Part shown: one piece after another, positions 10,559-20,075 of the stretch | Layout: every line of letters begins with the position of its first letter | Position numbering within the stretch: the first letter of the stretch is position 1 | Notes under the pieces: model-generated | Seen by the model: only the letters and a program-made list of their open reading frames with translations | Told to the model about the DNA's origin: nothing | Database searches by the model: none | Made by a program: the position numbers and the translations under genes | DNA from: a virus | Length of the DNA stretch: 64,000 nt | Direction: 5' to 3' (one strand) | IMG/VR virus record: IMGVR_UViG_3300031578_000004 | Span: 32,001-96,000 of that record

Positions 10559-10747
10559 TTATAATAACCTCCCCTGTTTATCATACGTAGTGTACTTATT
10601 TTTATTTTCTTCTTTCTTTTGTTCTAAAGTGAATAATTTTATCTTTAGTCTATTATTTAAATATGTAATATAGGCTTCAACCTCTAGTAGTATTAAGAAT
10701 ATTATAAAGAAAGTTAATATTGGATGCTCAAAACACCATTCTTTCAT
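10559..10747 (-). CDS. Small membrane protein
   Basis: N-terminal hydrophobic helix. Confidence 0.55.
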   Translation of the reverse strand: MKEWCFEHPILTFFIIFLILLEVEAYITYLNNRLKIKLFTLEQKKEENKNKYTTYDKQGRLL

Positions 10748-10749
10748 AT

Positions 10750-10938
10750 TTACTTCTCCTTTTTATTATCAGTGCAATAGAAACCGCCACCTGTAAAAAT
10801 TGTACCGATAGGCGTATATACTCTATCAGATGTAGCACTACAGTTTGGGCATTGTTCCACTTCACTATATTCAGATAGTTTTCTATCTACCTCAAAACAA
10901 CCACATCTATAGGGACATTTATAACGATATGTAGGCAT
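10750..10938 (-). CDS. FmdB-family zinc-ribbon protein
   Basis: MPTYRYKC..CG..FE...CPNC...F.GGGFY.TD. Confidence 0.85.
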   Translation of the reverse strand: MPTYRYKCPYRCGCFEVDRKLSEYSEVEQCPNCSATSDRVYTPIGTIFTGGGFYCTDNKKEK

Positions 10939-10951
10939 ATATTTATACCTC

Positions 10952-11467
10952 CTATTTCTCTTTAACTGGAAATGTTTTATCTAATAAGATATTCATTTCT
11001 CTATAAATTTTTAAGAATTCATCTAAAGAAACTTCTTCTCTCTTCTTTACCTCATCTTCAACCATTACTTCATGTAGTCTAAAGAATGCCGACTTATAAT
11101 CAGAACGGAAGCATTTTAATACATTTACCCACTTTTTATATTCCTCTCCTATTTTAACTCCTTTGTTATCTTCATCATCTTTTTCGTCTTTTGTTCTTAT
11201 TTTAATTATTAACCTTTGAATAATTTTATTGCGACCATCCGATTCATCTATCCTATATGTATCCGTGATATTGATAATTGCTTTTGGTGTTTCGACCGTA
11301 AACCCCTTTTCTCTACCTCTTGTTTTCTTAGTTTGTTCTTTTTCAATATCTATATCTTCTTCTTGAACTTCATTATTAACTTTTTCTTTAACAGGTTTGG
11401 TATCCTTTTTTATATCTTTCTTTTGTTGTGTAGTATTTTTATTTATTTCAACTTTTGCCTTTGCCAT
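10952..11467 (-). CDS. Hypothetical protein
   Basis: 171 aa, charged, GGAGG RBS. Confidence 0.6.
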   Translation of the reverse strand: MAKAKVEINKNTTQQKKDIKKDTKPVKEKVNNEVQEEDIDIEKEQTKKTRGREKGFTVETPKAIINITDTYRIDESDGRNKIIQRLIIKIRTKDEKDDEDNKGVKIGEEYKKWVNVLKCFRSDYKSAFFRLHEVMVEDEVKKREEVSLDEFLKIYREMNILLDKTFPVKEK

Positions 11468-11512
11468 ATATTTACCTCCATATAATTTTATATTTATTCT
11501 ATATTTTATTAT

Positions 11513-11812
11513 CTACTTGCTTTTAACTAGGTTAACATCTGCAATTCTACCTTCAGAAACCTTAATACTGACAATATCTCCAGTTTCAATTTCTAAGAAG
11601 TCATATTTGCCGATTGCTCCAAGTGTCATACTCTCTTCATTTATGTATATTGTCTTGGTTGTATTACCTACTGAAGCAGTTACCTTATCACTATCTATTA
11701 ATATTATTGTTGCTTGATATTCTCCTTTGAGAGATTGTTGTGTGCAGGATGCTAGGGTTAGTGTTGTTAGTATTAAGGTTATTACTAGAATTATCGTTAT
11801 TAGTTTTTTCAT
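11513..11812 (-). CDS. Putative lipoprotein
   Basis: MKK + hydrophobic stretch + lipobox LASC. Confidence 0.65.
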   Translation of the reverse strand: MKKLITIILVITLILTTLTLASCTQQSLKGEYQATIILIDSDKVTASVGNTTKTIYINEESMTLGAIGKYDFLEIETGDIVSIKVSEGRIADVNLVKSK

Positions 11813-11835
11813 TATTTTTATATTCTCCTTTTTTA

Positions 11836-12051
11836 TTATAATAAAGTTTCTAAATCTTCTATTATTTTAATTGTATTTACTAAATCTTCACTAAATCCAG
11901 ATGCTCTTAAAAACAATTTAAATTCATCTACTAGCAATTCAAAATCTGAATAATCTTCTATACACGCTGTTGTTAATGTTTTAGTCGTTAATGATTCTTG
12001 ACCAAATTCATCTGTATATGAAAAACTTATTTTTAACATTTTTTCTTCCAT
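11836..12051 (-). CDS. Hypothetical protein
   Basis: ORF with RBS. Confidence 0.6.
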   Translation of the reverse strand: MEEKMLKISFSYTDEFGQESLTTKTLTTACIEDYSDFELLVDEFKLFLRASGFSEDLVNTIKIIEDLETLL

Positions 12052-12053
12052 TT

Positions 12054-12245
12054 TTATATCTCCTTTTCCTGATTATTTCTCACTATCTCAAGTTGATTTT
12101 CTACATATTGCAAGTGCCTTTTTATCTCTAATATTTTTTCTTCTCCACAACATTCATCATCAGCTAAAAACTTATCAAGTAAATAACAAGATTCAAATCT
12201 ATCTGATTCTAAATAATTAGGGCATTTGCTTTTAATACACTTCAT
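12054..12245 (-). CDS. Hypothetical Cys-rich protein
   Basis: ORF with GGAGG RBS. Confidence 0.55.
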   Translation of the reverse strand: MKCIKSKCPNYLESDRFESCYLLDKFLADDECCGEEKILEIKRHLQYVENQLEIVRNNQEKEI

Positions 12246-12371
12246 ATATTACCTCCAAACTTGTCTTTTATTATAAATTAGTCCTCTTCATCTTCATCAT
12301 CGGTTGAATACTTGCAAAAATCTTCATCTCCTTCTAATATTTCTATAAACGCATTTTCAATAACTGATGCT

Positions 12372-12554
12372 TCAATAAATTTTACTTTCTTTAAACCATT
12401 GCCTCCAGTTAATAAATTTTTTAAATTGGACATCATCTAATTTCTTAATATCCTCAACCCAAAATTCTTTATTGCTAGGTATATGTATATATCTATCTCC
12501 TGCGTATTCAAAATTATTTTCTTTGAGAACTTTTATTCTTTTATCCCAATCCAT
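12372..12554 (-). CDS. Hypothetical protein
   Basis: ORF with GGAG RBS. Confidence 0.55.
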   Translation of the reverse strand: MDWDKRIKVLKENNFEYAGDRYIHIPSNKEFWVEDIKKLDDVQFKKFINWRQWFKESKIY

Positions 12555-12629
12555 ACAAATCTCCCTTCACATAATTACTTGTATGTTGTCATAGTGTTAT
12601 TTGCTTCGCTATATTCTTGAATTGTGCAA

Positions 12630-12740
12630 CTAAACTATTTTGCTAATTTTTTCATTTGCTATGTTGTAGTAACTTTCGTCTAATTCAATTCCTATAAAGT
12701 TTCTATTAATATTTATACAGGTCAACAACGTACTTCTCCC
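12630..12740 (-). pseudogene. C-terminal remnant of an N6/N4 DNA methyltransferase
   Basis: Own translation GRSTLLTCININRNFIGIELDESYYNIANEKI matches the family C-terminus (NRNFIGIELD); the rest of the gene is absent. Confidence 0.65.
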
Positions 12741-12815
12741 TCTTTTTCTTGCGTAATAACAAAACCTTTTATTTGTTCGAGTGTGAGTTCTCTGCCAAAC
12801 ATTTCAATCATTTTA

Positions 12816-13004
12816 TCACCCCTTATATCGCAATATAATATATTTAGATAAATTAGCAAGTGCCTTTCTGTATTTTTCATTTTCTTCTATACAGGCAATT
12901 GCTGTTTCTAGTATGTCTTGCATTAATACACTGTTCATACTCCCATTCAAATCATTTATCTTGTTCTTTCGTAGGTATAATTCTAAATCTTTTTTGGTTT
13001 TCAT
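12816..13004 (-). CDS. Hypothetical protein
   Basis: ORF with GGAGG RBS. Confidence 0.55.
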   Translation of the reverse strand: MKTKKDLELYLRKNKINDLNGSMNSVLMQDILETAIACIEENEKYRKALANLSKYIILRYKG

Positions 13005-13017
13005 ATTACTAACCTCC

Positions 13018-13275
13018 CGCGTTATATATTCATAGTGTTCTTGATATGTGCATCAAGTATTTGAAAAATAAAATTATATTATATCCAAATACTTGAATAC
13101 GATTTTTATGTCCTATATATCCAATAACTACTAATCCGTTAATACTGTTACACATATAAGCACCTCCATGTCCGTCTATCTTTTTGGTAATCCATTCATC
13201 ATCGATATGTTTTTTCATAATTCTCCAACTTTCATTACTTCGCGTTATATATTCATAGTGTTCTTGATATGTGCA
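13018..13275. repeat. Perfect 35-bp direct repeat pair bracketing one ORF
   Basis: cgcgttatatattcatagtgttcttgatatgtgca at 13018-13052 and 13241-13275. Confidence 0.95.
13030..13218 (-). CDS. Hypothetical protein (cassette-like)
   Basis: C-terminus HISRTL is encoded by the repeat. Confidence 0.5.
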   Translation of the reverse strand: MKKHIDDEWITKKIDGHGGAYMCNSINGLVVIGYIGHKNRIQVFGYNIILFFKYLMHISRTL

Positions 13276-13276
13276 A

Positions 13277-13612
13277 CTATTCTATCCATTCCAAATTAAG
13301 CAATGCCTTTTTCGCCCTTTCAAGGAACTCCTTGCCAACATACAGATTATGTTTCCCGTTTTCGTCTAACGGTTCAGACTCAAAAGCCTTAATTTGTTTT
13401 GATATAAAATCAAATCCTGCTTTACTCTTGATTTTTAATTCTTCATTTCTTCTATCCAATTCTGCTATTGTTGCAATTAAACTTAAAACAGTTGTATTCG
13501 CCCAATTGAATTGTGTTTCGGCTCTCGCTTTTATTTCTTGAATTTGTTTGTCTGTAAATATTATTTCACTCATTTTAAACCTCACTTTCTGCAAATTAAT
13601 GTTACGATTCAA
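13277..13612 (-). CDS. Hypothetical protein
   Basis: ORF; probable start MSEIIF after GAGG. Confidence 0.55.
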   Translation of the reverse strand: MNRNINLQKVRFKMSEIIFTDKQIQEIKARAETQFNWANTTVLSLIATIAELDRRNEELKIKSKAGFDFISKQIKAFESEPLDENGKHNLYVGKEFLERAKKALLNLEWIE

Positions 13613-13946
13613 CTTTCCCGCTCAAGATAGACAGCCATTCCTCATTAGGATTTAACCACTCGCCCGCATTGACATAAAATTGAATGTGCAATCCAAGGTC
13701 TGCGTGCTTATCATAGTGTACTTCACCATCAAATACCCTAAATGTATGTTGTCCTCTAAACTCCCTTGTATCAGTATTAAAATGTAACTCGTAAACCAAA
13801 CTAATTTCATGTCCTCTTGCTACTTCAATTGCTTTTTTCAATGCATCATCAAATTTGTCATATAAGAAATAATCGAACTCACCATTTAACGTTACTAAGT
13901 ATTCAAACAATGGTTTTTCTGTCTTTTTCAGCATTGGGTATTTCAC
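13602..13946 (-). CDS. Hypothetical protein
   Basis: 114-aa ORF, AGGTG RBS. Confidence 0.6.
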   Translation of the reverse strand: MKYPMLKKTEKPLFEYLVTLNGEFDYFLYDKFDDALKKAIEVARGHEISLVYELHFNTDTREFRGQHTFRVFDGEVHYDKHADLGLHIQFYVNAGEWLNPNEEWLSILSGKVES

Positions 13947-13966
13947 ATTTTCACCTTCTTTTTATT

Positions 13967-14012
13967 ACGTAGTTTTATTCAGATAGTGACACTATTTTCT
14001 TGAAATGTGTAG
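13967..14012. repeat. Fold-back intergenic repeat (atagtgacactat family)
   Basis: ttttattcagatagtgacactattttcttgaaatgtg; same family as the copies at 25.9-26.9 kb. Confidence 0.85.
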
Positions 14013-14464
14013 CATTATTTTAATAAAATTAAATTCTTTAACATAGTTAATCTCCTTTCTATATTTCCTCCAAATACCTATACCAAGGCAATTTTAATAA
14101 AAACTATCTTCAAATTGACTACAAATATCATCTGCTAAAGACTTAGCACCTTCCGCAATCTTATCATCTGTCATTATTTCTTTATTTTTATCAATAACCT
14201 CAAACCACAACTTATCACCATATCCATATAAAGAACATTCATCACCATAAAAATTTAATATATAAAATCCATATTGGCTATCGGTATAAGAATCACATTT
14301 GCAACCAGTTTTATATTTGCCAAACTTAACTTCTCTAGTTACCCAATCTTTCCATATACTTTTTACTTTACTACCTTCTATGACTTTTTATTGTTTTGGT
14401 CTAGTAGGTTTGTGTCTCTCATTTATATTCTCCTTTCTTAATTTTCACTCCTTTGATGGTCTTT

Positions 14465-14818
14465 TTATTTATTTTTATATTTATTCATAAAATAAAACTG
14501 TGGTATTACTATTAAAAAGAGTATCCAGAAACGTTGTGTATAGACACTTACTATGAATATCGCCATTAGGATAAAAGCACCTATAAGCATATCTCTTAGA
14601 AAAATCCAGTTCTTATTTTTAATATCGGTATACACTATGCTAAATAATATTACAAAAATCATTAGTGTATTTACTATAGGAATAATAGGTATATAATATA
14701 TTTCTTTCAAAACTTGCTTAAAAGTCTTTTGTTTACTAACTGGCATATACCATGCCATAATACATATCATAAATGATAGTAGATACATGAATAACCACGT
14801 TGTTATTAAATTTAACAA
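14465..14818 (-). CDS. Multi-pass membrane protein
   Basis: About four hydrophobic segments, GAGG RBS. Confidence 0.55.
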   Translation of the reverse strand: MLNLITTWLFMYLLSFMICIMAWYMPVSKQKTFKQVLKEIYYIPIIPIVNTLMIFVILFSIVYTDIKNKNWIFLRDMLIGAFILMAIFIVSVYTQRFWILFLIVIPQFYFMNKYKNK

Positions 14819-15200
14819 TATTTTATTCCTCCTATAAATGTCTATTTTTATAAAACTTATAATCTAATCTAAGCATCAGTCTAAGTGTTTTAAAGGCATT
14901 TTCTTCAGAACTTCCAATTCTTATCATATATGTAATAAATCTTGAAATTAGTGATTCACAAGTAACTAAACTACCTATAACAACACCTAATAATATCCAC
15001 CATATAAACAAATTCTTCCTCCTTTATTTCACGACCAAATTGTTCTTCTATCTAAATTGAATTACTGATACCAATAATTAAAAATCCTAAGAATAAATCA
15101 TTTGACATACCTAATGTTAATCCAATTCTAAATTCATCAGTAGTTCCAATATAAGTAACCCAATTTCTAGTAATCCATTTTTCTAACCAAAACTTTTTCA

Positions 15201-15416
15201 TTATTTATCCTCCTTTAAACAATCATATATGTCCTCATTATGTATTTTCTGACACCCACAACTTTTTGTATGATTATTCTTTAAATCTGCACCACGAACA
15301 AAAACTTCTTTATCACTTCCACAATCACACTTGCATAGCCATATACTTTTGCCTAAATATTTCATTGCTGTTAAATGATTAAATTTTAATCCTGTTAAAT
15401 CAATTAATTTACCCAC
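15201..15416 (-). CDS. Truncated HNH/AP2-associated zinc-binding module
   Basis: DLTGLKF..LT...WLCKCDCG...TKSCGC repeat typical of phage homing-endonuclease N-termini; no nuclease domain follows. Confidence 0.6.
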   Translation of the reverse strand: MGKLIDLTGLKFNHLTAMKYLGKSIWLCKCDCGSDKEVFVRGADLKNNHTKSCGCQKIHNEDIYDCLKEDK

Positions 15417-15427
15417 GTAAATCCTCC

Positions 15428-16072
15428 TTAATAAGTCTTGAAATAATCTTCCATATTTTTATGTTTAAATCTATCTTTCCAATTAGGTAAATCTTGCATC
15501 TCAGGCATATACTTTTCAAAGTGCATTACTGCAAAAGCATTCCATACAACAGCAGCCGAATGGTCTTCGTCATCCCAACCATCTATTAATTTAGTTAAAT
15601 GTCTCATACCACTATCAACACATCTTGAAATAGGCATCCCTTTTTCCCAATTTCTATCACTGTATTTATATGAGCCTAATTCTCCCCATTTTGCAAGTCT
15701 TATCAATCCTTTCGGTGATAGTAAATCATATCTACCTAGTTTATTTATTAATTCATATTTTGTTATTTTTATTGTAGATTCTGTTTCTATAATCTGAATA
15801 TAGTTTAAAATATTAGCTCCTACACCAGCTATAAAATCCTCTGTGCTATTACCACTTATATATTCAACATAGCAATAGAAAGCTTCATTTAAATAATCTT
15901 CTTTACTTTTAGTTGAATATTCTTCAATATGTTTTTCTATGTATTTTGCAGTTCTTCTTAATCCCTCTGTAGCTATTAAATCAAATCTTCCTTTACCTGT
16001 GGTAGTGTCTCTAACTGCTCCTGTACCAAATTCTTGTCTCTCTCCTGAGTCATGCATTTGACCATCAATCAT
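15428..16072 (-). CDS. DUF5664 (dATP/dGTP diphosphohydrolase-like) protein
   Basis: F.TGAVRD...GKGRFDL, G..KY.DRNWEKG, RHL, DEDH.AA..WN. Confidence 0.8.
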   Translation of the reverse strand: MIDGQMHDSGERQEFGTGAVRDTTTGKGRFDLIATEGLRRTAKYIEKHIEEYSTKSKEDYLNEAFYCYVEYISGNSTEDFIAGVGANILNYIQIIETESTIKITKYELINKLGRYDLLSPKGLIRLAKWGELGSYKYSDRNWEKGMPISRCVDSGMRHLTKLIDGWDDEDHSAAVVWNAFAVMHFEKYMPEMQDLPNWKDRFKHKNMEDYFKTY

Positions 16073-16089
16073 TCTGTTCTATTCCTCCT

Positions 16090-16734
16090 TTAATTTCTTT
16101 TTAATATAATAATATTTGCTTTAGTTAAACCGAAATCCATAGCCTTTTGTGAAACTTTTTCACCTGTATCTTCCATAAAGAAGTCTATCTTATTACCTTT
16201 GATTAATCTTCCTGTATCTTCGGCGTGATATATTCCTGAAAAGTTTTTATATTCTTCATTAGTAAACTGAATATAAACTTTACTACCTAATGGTATAACA
16301 CTTGGGTCAACTGCTATTACTCTTGCTGTCTTATATGTATGACCTTTTAAATCAAATCCTGTTCTAGTAATGCCATAACCCCTTGATGTTATTTTCTTTC
16401 CACAGCTTTGTACGGATAAATCATAGGCTGACACTGTAAATCCTTCTAATATTTCATATGTATTTTCTTTTACTTGAGCCTTTGGTTTAGGATTATCCAT
16501 CCACTCTCTCAACTCAACAGGTAAACCATTCCAATTCTCTAAAAACTCATTTTGTTCCTTTGTAAATATGTATATGCTTTTATTACTTTTATATTCTTCG
16601 TTCTTTGTATTTTTTAAATTATTCGCATTACCAAACAATATCACAGCTATTAAAATTATTCCTAGTAAACATTCATATAACCTGTATTTATCCACATCAT
16701 CTTGATACTTTTTCATATGTATAACCTCCGTCAA
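16090..16734 (-). CDS. Membrane-anchored 3D-domain (cell-wall) protein
   Basis: IAVDPSVIPLGSKVYI...AEDTG..IKGNKIDFF; N-terminal TM helix. Confidence 0.85.
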   Translation of the reverse strand: MTEVIHMKKYQDDVDKYRLYECLLGIILIAVILFGNANNLKNTKNEEYKSNKSIYIFTKEQNEFLENWNGLPVELREWMDNPKPKAQVKENTYEILEGFTVSAYDLSVQSCGKKITSRGYGITRTGFDLKGHTYKTARVIAVDPSVIPLGSKVYIQFTNEEYKNFSGIYHAEDTGRLIKGNKIDFFMEDTGEKVSQKAMDFGLTKANIIILKRN

Positions 16735-16789
16735 TTTATTATAGTACTTATTGGTGAAAAATCTAATAATTTATATCTCCCATAATTTA

Positions 16790-16817
16790 ATTATAACACC
16801 GTTAATTTATATGTCAA
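16790..16817 (-). promoter_or_regulatory. sigmaA-type promoter, 16-bp spacer
   Basis: TTGACA-N16-TATAAT with TGn. Confidence 0.6.
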
Positions 16818-16915
16818 TACCTAGTTTTATATTTTTTGTTTTGTATTATAAATCGTAACAAATGGATTGCTATATCTCGTATAACATTAATCCAATTGCT
16901 ACTTTTTTATATGTT

Positions 16916-17476
16916 CTATTGTTTGCTTAATTGTTTTATGTAACTTATGTTATAGCAGACCAAGCTTTTTAAATTTCTTTTCTGTAAGTAGAAACCGTAT
17001 ATGTCAGAGGCATCTAATCCAATATGTATTAATCCTAAGATTCTATCAAATATATGCTGTTCTATTGGTTCAAGAAATAGCTCTTGCAAAGTCATATGGA
17101 GTGCCGAGTGACACTCATATTTAATCATTTTATCCATTACACCTAAATATTCATCTGTACTACCCCTACTATCTAATATGTATCTTCTATATTTCCTAAA
17201 TTGCTGTGCAATATTTCCATCAGCATCATAAAACTTTTCATAAAACACTTTAAGTCTTTCTGTTGTGTTACAAAGTAAGTTTGCTAACTTGATAAAATAG
17301 TAGCTGTGAAGCTCTAGGATGCCTTTAAAGACATTTTGGGGATATATATAGTTATAATAGTATAATACTTTGTTGTTTTTAAGACCTAATATCTCATCAT
17401 TTAATCCTAATTCAAATATAAACCTATTAACCTCTGCAACCATTTCTTGAGCAGATAACTTAGTGTTTTCCTTCAT
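16916..17476 (-). CDS. All-alpha protein, possibly dimeric dUTPase/MazG-like
   Basis: C-terminal LGL..IGL..DIY.FYLQK resembles dUTPase_2 tails; weak. Confidence 0.35.
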   Translation of the reverse strand: MKENTKLSAQEMVAEVNRFIFELGLNDEILGLKNNKVLYYYNYIYPQNVFKGILELHSYYFIKLANLLCNTTERLKVFYEKFYDADGNIAQQFRKYRRYILDSRGSTDEYLGVMDKMIKYECHSALHMTLQELFLEPIEQHIFDRILGLIHIGLDASDIYGFYLQKRNLKSLVCYNISYIKQLSKQ

Positions 17477-17534
17477 GTTTTTCTCTCCTTTACATTATAA
17501 TTTGGTGTTGTAAATTTTTGTCGAAAACTTTTGT

Positions 17535-17639
17535 TTGTATTATAAAGAGAAAAACATTATAATGATTTGTAGGCAAAAGTCGTGAACTCGGCAAAAGACA
17601 CACGATTGCTACAGAGGCTAGAGGAAACTCTAGCTTTTT
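17535..17639 (+). ncRNA. Candidate ~70-nt small RNA with own promoter and terminator
   Basis: TTGTAT-N17-TATAAT, hairpin GTCGTG/CACGAT, terminator GCTAGAG-GAAA-CTCTAGC-TTTTT; no ORF. Confidence 0.55.
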
Positions 17640-17700
17640 GTTTTTCTCAAACTTTTTTGTTAATTGTTTTTTAATTAAATATGTAGAACATTTTATTTTA

Positions 17701-17742
17701 TATCTCTTATTTTATATCTCTTATTTTATATCTCTTATTTTA
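17701..17742. repeat. Tandem repeat, 14 bp x3
   Basis: tatctcttatttta three times, next to the IS end. Confidence 0.9.
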
Positions 17743-17772
17743 TTACCTCAACAAGAACACTCGTGACTTCAG

Positions 17773-19011
17773 TCATGAGATGAATTGTTGACAATCTATA
17801 ATCCATGATTTTCTAGCCTGTATTCTTTCCATTTTACTAAACTTAGGAATAGGTTTTAAATTAATCTTATTTCCTTGAATATCCATTAAAATTGCATAAC
17901 CTGTAGACATTCTCCCCTTGATAAAATATTCATTACCCAAATACCTCACCTTATCAAACTTTCTAAAACCTTTAATTTTACCTGTGTTGATTCGTTGCTC
18001 ACTTCTAATGCCTTTCGTTTGCTGACAATCACCATCGGAAACACACTTTTTTAACAATATTATATTGTTTTTAAATTGAATTTCATTCCCTTGACTTGCA
18101 ATAACTACAGCATCCATGTAATGCTCTTTAGGCAAGTTCAATAATTGTCTATGTTCTTTGGTTATAAATCCAAAGGTTTCTTCCGCATTGGGTAATAACT
18201 TCAATAATTGAGTTCTTATGCTATTCATTTGAGTAGCATGTTTTAATTGCCCTTTGATTTTTCCACCTTTTAAAGTAATATTTCCTTCATGTAAATTATC
18301 ATGACAGGTTTTACATAAAGTTATCAAATTACTTTCTTCATCTGAACCTCCATTTCTTCTAAAGGTTATATGATGTACTTCAAGTTTACTATTCTTATTT
18401 TTATCTTTACAATGTTGACAGGTGTAATTATCTCTATTTAATACATATGCCTTAGTATTAGCAAATCCATAATTAATGCCTTTTTGATATAACCACTTAT
18501 TCCATAATACACTAGGATTCTTTAAAGCATGTGTATCAAATGTAGCAGTTTCTAATATTACTTTTGTAATAGGCAATATTGATTTTACAAAATTAATTTC
18601 CTTTAAATGGCTGTTTATTTTACTATTCATTGTGGGAGAAAATCTGTCCTTTTTAATTGAATTTTTTCTGTTCAACCATCTTGCTTTTCTGTATCTGGTT
18701 TTCCTATTACGTCTATTTCTGCGATATTTAGAACGTCTTGTCATCTTGTCTGAAATATCATTTCTAATTTCAACTTGCGACATATAAACAACATTACCAT
18801 TATCTTTAACTGCCGAACTACCAATTTTACTACTTCCAGTATCAATGCCTAATATAATATTTTGAGTGTAGTTTGTAGTTTGATAAAGAAGTTTAATAGT
18901 AAAGGGTATTCTTCTAATACATTTAGCTTTGCATTGTTTGAGCAGTAATCTTGCAATCGCTGATGAACAAGGCATCAATGGTGTGCCATCATAATTAATT
19001 ACATAAACCAT
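17773..19011 (-). CDS. iscB: RNA-guided endonuclease IscB
   Basis: PLMP motif, RuvC-I GIDTGS, Arg-rich helix RRNRRNRK, RuvC-II E, HNH (CQHC..EVHH..NLITLCKTCH), RuvC-III HYMDA. Start MVYVIN after AGGAG. Confidence 0.93.
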   Translation of the reverse strand: MVYVINYDGTPLMPCSSAIARLLLKQCKAKCIRRIPFTIKLLYQTTNYTQNIILGIDTGSSKIGSSAVKDNGNVVYMSQVEIRNDISDKMTRRSKYRRNRRNRKTRYRKARWLNRKNSIKKDRFSPTMNSKINSHLKEINFVKSILPITKVILETATFDTHALKNPSVLWNKWLYQKGINYGFANTKAYVLNRDNYTCQHCKDKNKNSKLEVHHITFRRNGGSDEESNLITLCKTCHDNLHEGNITLKGGKIKGQLKHATQMNSIRTQLLKLLPNAEETFGFITKEHRQLLNLPKEHYMDAVVIASQGNEIQFKNNIILLKKCVSDGDCQQTKGIRSEQRINTGKIKGFRKFDKVRYLGNEYFIKGRMSTGYAILMDIQGNKINLKPIPKFSKMERIQARKSWIIDCQQFIS

Positions 19012-19029
19012 ATAATCAACTCCTGATAA

Positions 19030-19291
19030 ATTCTCTACATTACTGTAGGATGTGCGTATCTTATTACTATTACCATAATAAGAATTCGTCTTCATCTCGA
19101 CAAAGATAATTAGGCTTTTGCACTTATATCACCGAACCTTACCTTAGTTCTACTTAAATATAAGTGATAGAGCAACGGTCTGATGCGTCAACCATAGGTA
19201 TCATGACCTAACTATCGTAGTATCCGTTTCTGGGTACTGAATCTGGTGAACTTAGCATTAGATGCCTACGACTTTAGTCGTGGGTAGTTCA
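19030..19291 (-). ncRNA. omegaRNA (HEARO-type) scaffold
   Basis: Begins TGAACTACCCACGACTAAAGTCGTAGGC..ACCAGA..CTACG..TGTCGAG directly upstream of iscB; 3' limit approximate. Confidence 0.8.
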
Positions 19292-19445
19292 AATCCGTAC
19301 AATGTATGTTCGTTTGCTATAATAATAACACTATTATGTTAATTAATATAGTAAAACCATATTGCATAATTCAACATAATTCGACATATTTTTCATATAC
19401 AAATGTTAGTTATATTCACAATATACTTAATTTATCAATATTATA

Positions 19446-19494
19446 GAATGTATGTTCGTATTTATAGTATATTACTTATTGTATTTATTCGCAA
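19446..19494 (-). promoter_or_regulatory. sigmaA promoter with LexA (SOS)-like box
   Basis: TTGCGA-N17-TATACT; CGAACATACATTCT box just downstream; weaker copy at 19300-19312. Confidence 0.55.
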
Positions 19495-19741
19495 GGTATT
19501 TATGGAAATTAAGGTAATATTTTTTATATCTTTTATCAAATATTATTGACATTATGCATTAATTTGATAATTAAGCCACTTTCCTTTTATTGATTTATAA
19601 TATAATCTTTTTATGGCTTTCTTTCTAATTCGCCATGATTTAGAATGTATTGATATATTTGTTAATCTTATTTCTTGTTTTACTGTTAAATATGACATGT
19701 TTTATTCCTCCGTTGAACTGCCTTCCAAATATCGTTTTTTT

Positions 19742-19993
19742 CTAAACTTCATCTTTATCCCATATGTCTTTTCTTACAAACAAACTATCCCAATTCAAAC
19801 CAAAATCTTCAGAGTTACATTCATTTTCAAAATCACTACGAACATTATCAAAATAATCGTCCATATCACTCCAGCTATTACTATACTCAAACATATACTT
19901 ATATTGTTGACCATCTGTTGTTTCAACTAATCCTGCTACGCTATGAAAGACCCCTATACCATATTCAAATGTGCTTATTGATTTAATCTCCAT
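19742..19993 (-). CDS. Hypothetical protein
   Basis: ORF with GGAGG RBS. Confidence 0.6.
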   Translation of the reverse strand: MEIKSISTFEYGIGVFHSVAGLVETTDGQQYKYMFEYSNSWSDMDDYFDNVRSDFENECNSEDFGLNWDSLFVRKDIWDKDEV

Positions 19994-20075
19994 TTTTGCT
20001 TCCTCCTAATATAATTGACTTTCGACAGTATCCCGATTCTATAGACATTTCTGATTGTTACAACCATTGGAAATA

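Larger units (their letters stand above)
17752..19291 (-). mobile_element. IS200/IS605-superfamily IscB element without tnpA
   Basis: Subterminal hairpins ctcgtgac-ttca-gtcatgag and cctacgac-ttta-gtcgtggg enclosing omegaRNA and iscB; ends approximate. Confidence 0.85.

Noticed and set aside
15201-15416. Functional homing endonuclease
   Set aside because: Only the N-terminal zinc module is present.
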